Assembly (NCBI GenBank): GCA_973895155.1
Contig: OZ316897.1
Coordinates: 20,860,260 to 20,924,259 of the forward strand
From: Marsupella aquatica
Lineage: Eukaryota; Plantae; Marchantiophyta
Reading direction: 5' to 3'
Length of the DNA stretch: 64,000 nt
The translations under genes and the position numbers were made by a program. Below are positions 10,868 through 23,297 of the stretch, piece by piece. Numbering within the stretch: position 1 is the first letter of the stretch; each line of letters opens with the position of its first letter. The notes under the pieces are model-generated. The model saw only the letters and a list, made by a program, of their open reading frames with translations, searched no databases and was not told where the DNA came from.

Positions 10868-13725
10868 CAGATGAGATAGGGTGTGTAGATCCGAGGGTAG
10901 TGGCTCCTATGATTATTTTCACAGTTCCACATGTACCTTGGAATTTGAGGCCTATTCCTGTACCTAAAACTCTATTGCCTAAACTGTTAGAACTTTTGAA
11001 GGAGAGAATTAGGATGGGGATCTTGGAACCTTCATGTTCGCCGTACTCAAATAGGTGGTTTACAGTGCCAAAGAAGTCTGGAGCATTACGATTCATTCAA
11101 GATATGCAGCCTGTCAACAAGGTGATCATACGAAATGTAGGAATTGGTCCTCTTGTGGATGAGTTCACAGATGCATTTGCAGGGAGATTGATATACTCTA
11201 TGGGGGATTTATACTCGGGATATGACCAGTTTCAGCTTGCTATTGAAAGCAGGGATTTAACTGCAATGCGAACACCGCTAGGATTGCTTTGAATGTGTAC
11301 CTGGCCAATGGGAGCAACAAATTCTGTTGCACATATGATGAGCGGGATGAACAAGGTACTGAGAGACTTCATTCCAGAAATAACAATGCCATTCATTGAC
11401 GATGTACCAATTAAGGGTTGTAGTGAGGAGGAGAAGGATGAGGCAAAAAACTCAAAGGGGTGTAGAAAGTTTGTTGCTGACCACATTGCAGATTGTGATA
11501 AGATCTTGACAAAGTTGGAAGAAGTCCATTTGACATTGTCTGGGGCAAAATCAAGCTTTGGGGTAAAGGAGGTTCTCATTGTGGGACATTTGTGTGGGCC
11601 ATATGGGAGGAAGCCGTGTCCAACGAAGGTGGATGCAATCAAGCAAATGAAGGAGGTATGTGAAACAACTACCGAGGTTCGTAGATTCCTAGGGGCATGT
11701 GTCTTCTATGTTCATTGGATCCCGCATTTTGCACATATAGCGGATCCATTATATCGGCTTCTAAGAAAAGGGAAGAAGTTTACTTGGGAGGAAGAGCATA
11801 CCATGTCAGTAAGGAAGTTGAAAGAATCACTTTCTGATATGATAGCATTGAAGAGAATTGATTATGATTGTGGGCGACCAGTGATTGTTACAGTAGATAC
11901 AAGTCCAATTGGGATTGGTTGGGCAATTGGGCAGAATGATGAAGAGGGGAATCGATGTGTGGTAAGGTTTGGGGCAAAAGTCTTGAGCACTTGCCAACGG
12001 GCTTACCCGCAATTGAAGAGAGAATTGTGGGGCATAGTAACTTCACTCAAATATGATAAAGATTATCTAATTGGAGCACCGGTAGTACTTGAAACCGATT
12101 GTCTACCCCTCCTTGGGATGATAGCTAATTGTACCACACCAGACATTGCCATGCTCCGGTGGATTGCCTACATCAAAACTTTAGATCCGGAATTCCAGCA
12201 CATATTAGGGAGGGACAATCAAGTGGCCGACATGTTATCTAGAGCTAGATACTACCGTGAAGAAGAGATGGTGGAGGAAGGAGAAGATGTGGGTACAAAG
12301 TTCTTCTCCAATGCGCAAGCAAAATCAGAAGGGTTAAATCTGACAATGACAATTGAGTCATTCTGAGAAGAATTATATGATGGTGAATGGGTGGATATAG
12401 GGCGATACCTTAGCACATTGGAGAAATCTGAAAGTTGGTCTGACAAAGAATTTAAAAAGATAAGGAGGAAGGCCTATGGATACTTTTTGAGGGATGGAGT
12501 TCTTTGGAAACAGCCAAAGAAGGTCAAAGGGGTTCCACTACGAGTAGTTGGTGATACAGAGACGCAACAAAAACTGATGAAGGAGTTTCATGAAAGCTTA
12601 TGGGCAGGACATCGAGGAGTTTGGGCTACTTTTGCCAAACTAAAGGAAAAATATTGGTGGAAAGGTATGTACAAGGATGTAGTCCAATTTGTGAGTACTT
12701 GTGAAACTTGTCAAGTTTACTCAAATATTCGGCATCGAGATGGGCTACATCCCACCTACCCTTTAGCCATGCATTACAAATGGGTTGTCAATTTGGTAAC
12801 TCTACCTCTTGGGATCTCGCAAATGAGGTATGTGATTCTAGCAAGGGAAGACCTAACCAATCAAGTTGAGGGAAGGGCACTTAGAACCAAGAGCACAGAA
12901 AATGTATGTCGTTTTCTACTTGAAGATGTGATTTGCCGCTATGGGTGCATAGGGAAGATTACAGCTGATAGAGGAGAACTTGATTCACAAGAGGCTCGAC
13001 AGTTTTTTGAAAGGTTAGGGATAAAGCTTGCCTTGACAACTGCCTGTAATCCGGAAGGGAATGGTAAGAGTGAGCGAGGGCATTCTCCTATCATTAAGGC
13101 TTTGGTAAAAGCTTGTAATGGTAGCATACATGTGTGGCCAAAGTTATTGCCATTTGCGTTGTGGGCAGATCGAACCACACATAGCTCGGTAACAGGTTTT
13201 ATGCCAACAGAACTTATGTTTGGACAAAAGCCGATCATGCCAGTGGAGGAGACAATTCCTACATGAAGTGTGTTACCGTGGGAAGATGGTCTTAGTAGGG
13301 AAGACTTATTGGCATTGAGGATCCGACAACTTGAGCGACGCTCGGAGGATATTGAGGTAGCACTCAAAAAACTGCAGGAGGCAAGGCTGGGGAATAAAGA
13401 AAGGTTTGATAGGAAGCATAGGCTTAGACCAAGGCCTATTCAAGAAGATGATTGGGTACTAGTCTATGATAGTAGCCTAGACAATCAGCATAGTACCACC
13501 AGGAAGTTCTCGAGGAGGTGGTTTGGCCCTTATGTTGTGAGAAAAGTACATGATAATGCTACATATTCACTTCGAGAGCTAGATGGTGTAGATTTGAGAG
13601 TTCCTATTGCCGGAAAAAGAGTTAAACTCTTTAAACGGAGAGACATGATGCAAGTTTCCTTTGACGATGTAGCTTGGGATCAAGAAGGGACACTAACAGA
13701 TGAAGATATAGGGGATGAAGACTAG
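10865..13725 (+). pseudogene. Ty3/gypsy pol (RT, RNase H, integrase) with in-frame stops
   Basis: RT: DLYSGYDQ, PMGATNS, FIDDV. RNase H: VDTS..KRELWG..ETDC..N.VADMLSR. Integrase: H..GH..CETC, ADRG, GKSERG, GPY. Stops at 11292, 12366, 13266. Confidence 0.92.
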
Positions 13726-13754
13726 TTTGGCACATACCAGAGGATGTGCAGGTT

Positions 13755-13767
13755 ATGAGGGGGTGGA
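13755..13767 (+). promoter_or_regulatory. Polypurine tract of gypsy C
   Basis: ATGAGGGGGTGGA immediately before the LTR-start TGTCG. Confidence 0.85.
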
Positions 13768-13809
13768 TGTCGTGGTAACTTTGGTGCAAATCACTACAAC
13801 ACTATGCAC

Positions 13810-14330
13810 CTCTTTTGCGAACCACCACCCTTCGCATCATACAAAGGAAACAAAATCCGAAATACCCAATTTGCGAACTTACTTGCATCGCAACGTCTTC
13901 GCTACTTCCCATCTCAAATTCTTCGCAAACGGCCCTTCGCAACTACTTTGCAACTTGCGATTCTAAATACGTCGCAACATCTCCGCAACGTTGCGACGGC
14001 ACTGTTCTTGCAAATATTGAGAAACGACAAATTTCATTATTTTGCGAGAACAAATGAATCGCTCGCGTTGTGATAACATTTACATTGCAATTTCCGATGT
14101 TAAATTTCTCTATAACTTGCGATGCAAACAAACTCGTAAGATTGCGAGAAGCGGATGACCGCTTTGTTGCGAAGGCATTTAACTCGCAAATGTGTGGAGA
14201 GGAAGTCTTCGCTAGGGTTGTGATTTAGACAACATCGCAAGTGTTGCGATGCGTTTCTCCTTGGAATGGTTGCGATACGTTCACCGTGGGTCTTTGAGAT
14301 GGGGGTTGGTTCTCAAAAGCTTCGCAAAAT
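13810..14330. repeat. CACTA left subterminal repeats (TTGCGA/TCGCAA, both orientations)
   Basis: Dense recurrence of TTGCGA, TCGCAA and TCGCAT. Confidence 0.9.
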
Positions 14331-14575
14331 GTATATTTCATGGGTTTTTGTGTATTTGGGTTAGGGTGAGGGTGAGGGTGAGGGAGACCATTCATGGGTT
14401 TTGAAGGAGGGAGGAAAGTGATGTTGACCCAGTCTGCCGCAATTAAAATGGCATTACTGAAAAAGTACAAAAGTTACAAAATGGAAGGGTAAAAACCCTT
14501 AGGTAAAGTGCCACGGCCATGCATGCTGATCGCTATACATGTGAACTCGATGTAAGTGCTCTAGCTACAACTTGT

Positions 14576-16642
14576 CTACATCGAGCTAGAAAGGAGTGTT
14601 CCTGCCCCTCCTTGCCTCTTCCCCTTGGCCTTCTCCTTGCCCTTGTGTGCTCTTGGGGGGGGGTGCAACCTGGACTTCCTCCTCCTCTTGGTCACCCTCG
14701 GGGTCACCCTCATCCTCATCCTCATCCTCATCCCCACCTCCACCGCCCTGGCTTGCCGCGCTACCACCCCCAGCACCACTGGAACGTGCTGATGCAAATG
14801 ACTGGTCTCCAGTGCTAGTTGGCCTGGCTTGAGTAGCAGGAGCTGTGCTCCCCTCCGCTGTCCCCTCCACATCCTCATCACTACTATCGGTGCCACCCTC
14901 GGTATGGGAGTCACCATCCTCCCCTCCCTGCTTCCATTAGCAAACCAGGGTGTCTGTTAGTCTCATATTCTTTACAAGTGTGAACAAAAGAGATATTCAT
15001 TCAAAATTGCAATGAATGTAATAACCTAAAAATTCTCACCAATAATTCATCAACTTGCTGAAAGAGATGCTCCTTCCCATGTTTCTGGCCCACCTCCATC
15101 TCAGCCGCCGTAATCTTCCTCTTGTACCTCTTGTACTAAGCCAAAACAAAACCAGCACAATTGGGTTAACACCAACCCATAACCCGATTCACATGGCTTC
15201 TAAAAATTAGGGGGTTTGTTGGGGCTGGTGGGGTGGTGCATCAAGGTTTTGGGGTTATGGAGGGTGGCATATATGGGGAAGACCCTCAAAGAACACTTAA
15301 ACGATCGGAAAATTTAAAAATTCAAATTTTTGAAATTTTGCGAAGGCGCCAGCTTCGCAATCATAAGGACAATTACGTTTGCGAAGCTGGTTGCGATGCG
15401 AACGTCTTCACAACGCCTTCGCAAACGTAAGCAAAAAAAGGGCATAATAAGGTTTGTGAAGGATTTGCGAAGCTACCCGCATCGCAAATGTATCGCAAAC
15501 TCTGTCATGGCAAAAACCCGAGAGGGAAGCAACTGTACGTGACCTAATCTGACACAACAAGTCTAATTGTAACTACTTGGTGGAAATGCAAGAAAGAGTT
15601 GGCTCATTGCAGGTGTGTTGGAATAGGAATTGGAGTAGCAAGAAGTCAAGGGAGGAGAGGGAGGTGCACTCACGAATGCTGCTTTGAGGCCGGGGAGGCC
15701 ACCTTGACCCAGCCTGTGGGTGATGTTGGGCTTGTCTCGGACTCGCTCAGCTGCCTTCAGGAACTTGTTGGGTGGATCGCCTACTTCTGCTACAACCTGC
15801 TGGAGCTGGGCTACCTTCTGCTCCATCACCTTCAGGTCCCGGTCAGACTTCCCGGCCTCCTTTGCCCTTCGAGCCTTTGCCAGCTTCTCTGTGAAATCAT
15901 TGAGGAGCCTGGCTGCTTTCAACTTCACCTCTGTCTGGTAGAAGGCCTGCCAGATATCTTCTGAGAATTGCAGCGGCCTCTGCAAATTCCTATACTCCTC
16001 CAAATCTCTAAGGTGAGACCTGATCTTCATTCTATCATGGTATCTAGCTTGTGACATGGAGTTTGAAATTTTGTCAGCAAGCCACTGTGAATCCATCTCT
16101 CCTCCATTTCAAAATGCATCTTTCACCTGATTGATGACTCGCTTCTGCTCTGCCTTTGAGCGAGTGCCCCACTCGACTCCTCTTGCAAAATTTGTAACCA
16201 AGCTCGGTGGGAATCCTCTCATCCTCTAAAGTAATCAGAGGCAGCTTCCTCCTTGCTGCCTCCTTTCTTTGCTCCTCCCTCTGTTTCTTGATCAGGTCTC
16301 TCTCATCTTTCCTCCTCTTCTTTTCCAATGCTTGAGGCAAGAGCACTCCAGCCTGAGCTCTCTCGTCCCTCTTTCGCTTCCTCTCAGCAGCCGTCTGCTC
16401 TGCTGCCTTCCTTGCATCCTCCTCCACTACTGCTTGCCCTGCAGTGAGACCTGCTTGCAAGGCTTGGCCTAGAAGGGCACTCAATGATGCCAGCCCTGCT
16501 GGACTGGTGAAATCAATTTGACTCAACTGTGCAACCGAAAAATGCTCATCCACAATCGCCTTCAATCGATCCCCCCCCCTCGGTTGCCTCCGCTGCTACC
16601 AGAAGCTCCTCCATCACCACCAGTCCCCTCTTCGCTCGCCAT
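14576..16642 (-). pseudogene. Spliced TnpA-like (Ptta/En/Spm-type) gene, divergent from the transposase, with apparent frameshifts
   Basis: Exon ~16642-15674 (RVRDKPNITHRLGQGG resembles the R-K-x-H-x-G motif of Transposase_24), donor GTGAG at 15673, small exon ~15136-15040 (YKRYKRKITAAEMEV..), acidic last exon from ~14927. G-runs at 16571 and 14655 coincide with frame changes. Family assignment is inferred. Confidence 0.6.
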
Positions 16643-17379
16643 CGCTCCGCCCTTGCCCTCGTTGCTCTCCTCAGGCCTGAATGAACTGAATCCGTCTTGT
16701 CCACGCTCGGCAATCCATAAGGATTCAAAATATTGGGCTTTGCGATTCGTTTCGCATCGCAGTTTGCGATGCATCGGCCTTCGCAAAAAGCTTTGCAAAT
16801 TCTATCTTTGCGAAGCTTCAAGATTCGCAAAAGCCTTCGCTATTTGGTTTTGCCATAACCCCCGTCTCGCATGCGTATTTGATGTGTTGTTAGGGATACT
16901 AAGGGGGCTTATGAACATTAAATGGGGTAGATGTAGAGGATTATGTTGCATTTTAGTGGGATGTGATGAGATAAGGATTGGGGGGGTTAGAAAATTGAAG
17001 GAGTTATATTGCAGGGTAAGAGGAGGGGGTTTGGCCTGGTTAGGGGAGGGTTTCTTTTGTGAAGGTTGGGCTTAGATTGGCTTAGATACGAGGGGTTTTA
17101 TGTTTTGGGTTTGCAGGGGGGTTTTATTTATGAAGGTTGGGGTTATATGTATTGGAGGGTAAGAGCTAGGAGGGGTTTTATGTTTTGGGTTTTGGGGTTT
17201 AGGCCAACTTAGGAGGGTTTGAAAGAGAGGTTTCAGTTTTATAGTATCTTGGGTTACTTTTATGGTATCTTAGGAGGGTAACCAAGAGGGGTGGCATATA
17301 ATTATGGTAGAGAGAAGCATAGGATGGTTGAAGGGAATTGACCATTTAGGTTTTTGCTAACTTCATTGGCTTACGCTTT

Positions 17380-18395
17380 TAGAGTTCCCAAGGGTCTATG
17401 GTGGGTTTTTATTGCATGACACTCACCTTTCACTTGAAGCGGGATGAGGTTTTGGTTTTTATGCTAACAATTGAGGGAAATCCCATGTAATCATGATCCA
17501 GTGCAGGACCATCACTGCTTCCTCAACTTTTGTCTAATGCATATGCATTGTGGGAACCCGGACATCTAAAAGGTATATTTAAACATGTATGTTAGCAGGG
17601 TTTGATAAAGAGATTGTTCATAAACCTTGCCCTTCTTTGTTGTGCAAGAATATCTATATGCACATGTTTGGGGGTCTACAACTTGAGAGAAGCTAATGGC
17701 TATCCAAACTTACTTTTTTGTTTCCAGTATTTTCCTCGTGCTTCTAGATTCAGCTCATGTTCAATGAGCCACACGACCTACAGGCACTATTGAGTCCGGA
17801 TCTCATTCAGGTAATTATTGTCCAACTTCATTCTGGGCTTAGGCCTTTAGAGTTTTCCCAGGGGTCTAGGGTGGGTTTTTATTGCATGACACTCACCTTT
17901 CACTCGAGGGGGGATAAGGGTTTAGGGTTTAGGGTTTTATGCTAACAATTGAGGGGAAAACCCATGTAATCATGATACAACGCAGGGCCAACACTACTAC
18001 CTCAACTTTTGTCTAATGCATATGCATTGTGGGAACCCGGGCATCTAAAAGGTATAACATCATGTATACAGTCAATGTTGTTAGTACAGATTTTTATGCT
18101 TGCCCTTCTTTGTTGTGCCATGATATATGTGGGTAAATGTCTAAGATTCCACAACTTGACGGCTGCTAATTACCATCCAAACTTACATTTTGTTTCCAGT
18201 ATTTTCCTCCTACTTCTAGATTTGGCAAATGTTCCAAAAGCCACGTGACCTATAGGCACTGTTGAGCCCGGGTCTCATTCAGGTAATAATCTAACCTCAC
18301 TTAGGACATAGGGTATTACAATTTTCCCAAAGGTTATAATGTGGTTTCTTCTTGCATGACACTCACCTTAATTTGGGTTTCATGCTAACAAATAT
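17380..18395 (+). repeat. Diverged ~470-bp tandem repeat (two copies plus a partial), each with a small AG..GT-bounded exon-like segment
   Basis: TTGCATGACACTCACC at ~17412, 17882, 18352. TTTCCAG|TATTTTCCTC...CTCATTCAG|GTAAT in both full units. Confidence 0.85.
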
Positions 18396-18525
18396 AAAAG
18401 GGTAATAAAACCCCATGTATAAACCAACCTAATTGTTTTTTGAGTTCATTTTTTTTAAAATCGCTTTATATATGGCCTAATTTTTCCTAATCATGCCCTA
18501 CATGCAATGTAATGTGGCAGTGGAT

Positions 18526-19692
18526 ATGTCCTCTTCCTCTGAACTATCCAGTAGTGAGTACTCCTCCGATGACGATATACCCCCTCCTCCTCAGCCCGAG
18601 GTTACTGGTCCTCGTGGTCCACCCCGAAGACTTTGTGACTGCACCAGATGTGTGGGCCAAATTTCTCAAAAATCTTATGTGTGTGCTCAACATATTGAGA
18701 GATATGGACGTCATAGAGGTCTTACTCCCGGGGCTTCTTCGTCCCATATGGTAAGTTTGTTTCAATTGATTGCCGTTCTTTACTGTTATTTTTAGAGGTG
18801 AATCAATGTTTACACATATGGTTTACACATTTGGTTGTTTGTGGGTGTTTGCATGGAATAGGGATCCAGTATGCGTAGATTGGTGACACCACCACCCTAT
18901 GTCCCATCACAAGGAGTTTTAGATGCTATAGGCAATGCACTTTCACAAGCCTTGGGTTTGGGAATTAGTACCAGTCATGGGACAGAAGGGGAACACCCTC
19001 ATGTGCCCACTGAGACACGAAGACCCCGGTCCAGGCCCCAATCCAACAGGAGGCCACGAGCACCCAATGACCCATCCAGAACACTAGTTCAGGGTAGGTG
19101 GGGTGTTTGTTCATTCACTGGCAAGTGTGCCTCTATCATCAAGGATTGGGAACCTATCACTCTTGGCTTGCCTTATTTTACAGATTTTGATGAGGAGATT
19201 GTGGTTTGGGGTAGACGTTGGATTGTGAAAACTTCCACACTTGGAGAGAGACATGGATATGGAGTATTTGCTTGTGAGGATATCATCATGGATGAGGAGG
19301 GTGGGTCAAGTGTTCGTGGTAGAGAGGGTCCTACTTTGTTCCCATACGGTGGACCCATCTACAAGAGAAGACATTGGAACATGATCCTTGCACAACATCC
19401 TGAGTGGAAAACATATGCTCTAGAGATGGATACTTTTGATGGTAGCACTAGAAGGTATAGTGAGCAGCGGGTGATAGATGGTGATCCCATACGTAATGGG
19501 AATATTGTTGGTTTCATAAATAGTACTGTGGGGACTCGGCCCAAGCGTAGGGCCAATTGTGAGTGGGTTTTTACTGATGGTCCAATGCCGGCACCATATG
19601 GCACGACATATCATAAGGACCATTGCTTAGTTCTTGCTACTAGGACCATTAGAGCAGGAGATGAGTTATTCACACACTATGAGTGGGATTAG
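18526..19692 (+). CDS. SET-domain (lysine methyltransferase-like) protein, predicted exons 18526-18750 and 18862-19692
   Basis: SET motifs GYGVFA, YGG, IDG, GFINS..ANC, ATRTIRAGDELFTHY. Donor ATG|GTAAG at 18750 and acceptor ATAG|GGA at 18861 join in frame. Exon 1 encodes CDCTRC..C..HIERYG. Confidence 0.85.
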
Positions 19693-22600
19693 GAAATCAT
19701 GTCCTTTATCCTCTTGCACCTATTTTGGACTTCCCATTTACTATTATATATATGGCCTTTGGGCTCATTTTGGAGTAATAAGGTTTTAGCCCATGCATTT
19801 ACTTTAATTCTTAATGTCTTGAATGAATGGTGTTAAGTCTATTTTAATTTGTTGTACTTGGTCAAATATACATGAGGAGGTTTTTTGGTTGTAATGTGCA
19901 TAGAATGCGCAACCATCTCAACAAATGTTACCACGAAGGTTGAGAGCAACATATCGGGAGATGGGTATGCCAGAAGAGGGAGAACCATCAGATGGTGATT
20001 CCTCATCAAGTAATGATGTAGGTGGTGCTGATGAGGAAGCCGCACCTCGGACTGATGACCAGGTCATGCATGATCAAGATAGAGCCATGGATGACTTCAT
20101 GGTTGATTGGTTTGGTGCCGATGTTGAGGATGATGTGCCTCACATTGGTCATGAGGTTGGCCCTTCAAATGACCCACGGCCACAACATACTCCAGAGGGA
20201 CAACAACAATGGAAAGAGGCAGAGGAACATGCTCGAACACCTATTTTTGAGGGTGCTCGGTTGAGCCGTCTTTCTGCCATATTGGGGCTCTTGAACATTC
20301 AAGCCAAACACAAGACAAGCAATTCTATGTTATCAGACATATTTGAATATTGTCATGACTTGATGTTACCCTCGGAGAATGTGTTGCCAGGGACCTGGAA
20401 GGATGCAAAGAAGGTTCTCTCATCCATTGGTATGGATTACCATATTATTCATGCCTGTGTGAATGATTGCATGTTATTTCACGGGGATACAGCCCATATC
20501 ACATAATGCACAGTGTGTCATGAGCCACGGTATGAGCCAAACATGCTAACCCAGAAGGTACCAAGGAAAGCAGTTCGTTGGTTCCCCATAATTCCTCGCT
20601 TGTTGCACATGTATAGATGTTCTGACTTGGCCGAGTTGATGGTATGGCACAAGAAAAATCGTTCGGAGCCCGGTGTCATGCGATTACCAGTTGACTCTCC
20701 TGCTCATAAACATGTGGAATCAACATGGCCAGATTTTGAGCGTGACCCTCGTCATGTGCGACTGGGGTTGGCATCAGATGGAGTTAGCCCTCATTCACTT
20801 GGAGGGAAGGGGAGACCTACATCGGTCTGGCCTGTGGTTCTCATGAATTACAACCTTCCACCATGGTTGTCCATGAAAAAGGGTTTTTTGTTGCTATCTT
20901 TGATTATCCCAGGGCCAAAGAAGGTGAAGAACATGGACACCTATTTGACATTACTGGTTCAGGAACTCCAGAAATTATGGGAAGGAGTATGGGCATATGA
21001 TGGTCGAAAGACTACAGGGGGTACCCCACGGGTTTTCAAACTCAAAGGGGTTTGTATGTAGACCATGCATGACTACCCAGGTAAGAACTTTGTTGTTTAA
21101 ATGCATCATATTCTAATGCATGGTATCCCCTCATTTCCATGTGCTAATCCTAACATAATGTGTGTTTATATGACCAGGATTTGGCTTTGTGAGTGGGTTG
21201 CAAACCCAAGGCTACAAGGCTTGCTCCACTTGTGGCCCAAGCCTTGGTGATGTAGCCAAGTATTCATCACATCTTCGCAAGATTGTTTATCTTGGGCATA
21301 CAAAGTTTCTTCCAATGGGACATCAGATGAGGCGTGACCCACTACTATTTTCCTCTATTGATATGCCCTTTGGTGACGAGCGTGATGTACCTGAGCCAAC
21401 AACTTTTACACACTGGAAAGACATGGCTGCAAGAGTGGCAGACCCAGAGGATCCCATGCAATTTGACGGTAGTGGCTTGACAAGGTGGAGTATATTAACC
21501 ACTTTGCCCTATTGGGGTGAGTTGAAGATCCGCCATCTATTAGACCCCATGCACATTGAGGGAAATGTGGGAAAGGCTTTGATAAAGGCTTTCTATGGAG
21601 AGAAAGACACTAACTTCAGGGAGGCTTGTGAGGATCTTGAGATGCATCCAGACGTGTGGGTCATAAGTGATCCTATCACAGGGATCGAGCATCGACCTTC
21701 AGCTCCATGGGTGCTTCCTATTGGCCAGAGAAGGGAGTTTCAGAATCGCATAGGAGACATGCGGTTTCCTACTGGTTATGGTGCCAATCTCCGAAAGGCC
21801 TTTGGGATGGAGGACAATCATAAGTGGCCAAGGTATCTCAAGACACATGACTACCATAGGTTATTGCAGCACATATTGCCTGTGGCCATAATAGGTTTGG
21901 CAAGTGAAGAAGTGCAAGATGCCCTTTGGTCATTGGGAAAACTATTGAGATGGGTATGCTCTAAGGAGATATATACTGATGAGATCCCTGGGATGGAGGT
22001 TTTGGCAGCAGAGGTGGTATGCAAGTTGGAGAAGGCCCTTCCTCCTTCCTTTTTTGACTGTCAAGTGCATTTACTTGTTCATCTTGTTCATGAGGTGGCC
22101 ATTGCAGGTCCTGTGCATTGTCGGTGGATATATTGGCTAGAACGATACATGGCAGTGTTAAAAGGTTATGTACGTAACCGTGCACGGGTTGAGGGAAGCA
22201 TGGCTACAGGATACTTAGCAGCTGAGAGTATGTTCTATTGTAGTAACATATTGGCCACAATTGATTGTACCTCTCCCCGTACTTGGGTAGAGGAGAGGGA
22301 AGATGAAGAGGATCGTTTAACAGGTGCTAGGAAAACTCGCATGTTGACACCAGTGGAGGTGAAACAACTGACCACATTCATGTTGAGTAACAGCACTATC
22401 ATGGAAGAATGGAGGGATTTCTATGAGGATGCCAAAAGTAATAGCACAAGACCAAGGATTTTTCCAAAGTACCTTGACTATATGAAGGAGAAGTTAGTTG
22501 AGGTGGATGACATGGTGGTCAGGGGAGAGAGTGTATTACATTTTCCGGCTATCACAGATGATGTTCGTACCATTGTTCATGGTCCCTTGAGAGTGGTTAC

Positions 22601-23297
22601 AACAAGGACAGCAATGTGGACACAAGGAAGACATTTCAGGTGATCTCCATCTACCTTAGTAACCTTTGATTTGAATCACTTGGTTTAATTTAATTCATTT
22701 GTAATACAAGCACGTATATTGAAGAGGCAGATTCTTGGTGTGTTCAATTAATTGGAATATGTTTGTGTCTATTTTTGTGTAACATATCCTTATGGTTTGA
22801 TGGATTTTAGGATTTCTTCCCTTGATGAGAAGAGGGGTCGTACCTTTGATTGTGGAGTTCAAGGACAATTCTCTCAAGATTCCCGTAGCAGTCGCCATGA
22901 CACAAATATTATTCGAGATGTTGTGCCACATTATGGAAAGGTAGAAGAGATTCTAGTGATATCTTATGATGCACAATCAAAGTTTGAAGAGTATGTCTTC
23001 AAGTGCAAGTGGTTCAAAGTGAACCTTGCAGGTAACAATCCTACTGTGGTTCAAGATGAGTGTGGATTTACACGACTGAAGATGTCTGCCACTAGTTTCC
23101 AGCCATCTCATTGGCAAACATCAGAGCCGTTCACTTTTCCAAGTCATGTGGAACAATGTTTCTATAGTCCATACCCCCCAAACCCAGAGGAATGGTCACT
23201 TGTCATCACATATGTGCCACGGTCTCGTTCAATCGTTGGGGAAAAGCCTGATATTCTGGTTGTGTCCCAACCTGAAGATGATGAGGACCAAGTTTGA
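18526..23297 (+). pseudogene. CACTA TnpD/Tnp2 transposase (predicted exons 18526-18750, 19904-~21079, ~21178-22639, 22811-23297), two premature stops
   Basis: IHACVNDC, C..C..PRY, RLGLASDG, SVWPV..YNLPPW, IIPGP, HDYP, DPMHIEGN, LKTHDYH, FFD..VHLLVHL, GPVHCRW..ER, VEGS, YGKVEEI, FKCKWF motifs. GT-AG introns. Stops TAA 20504 and TAG 21059. Confidence 0.92.

Noticed and set aside
16980-17260. Interstitial telomere or G-rich array (also the complementary-type tract 23540-24090)
   Set aside because: Only scattered GGGTTT/TTAGGG-like words in low-complexity DNA; no true tandem telomeric array.
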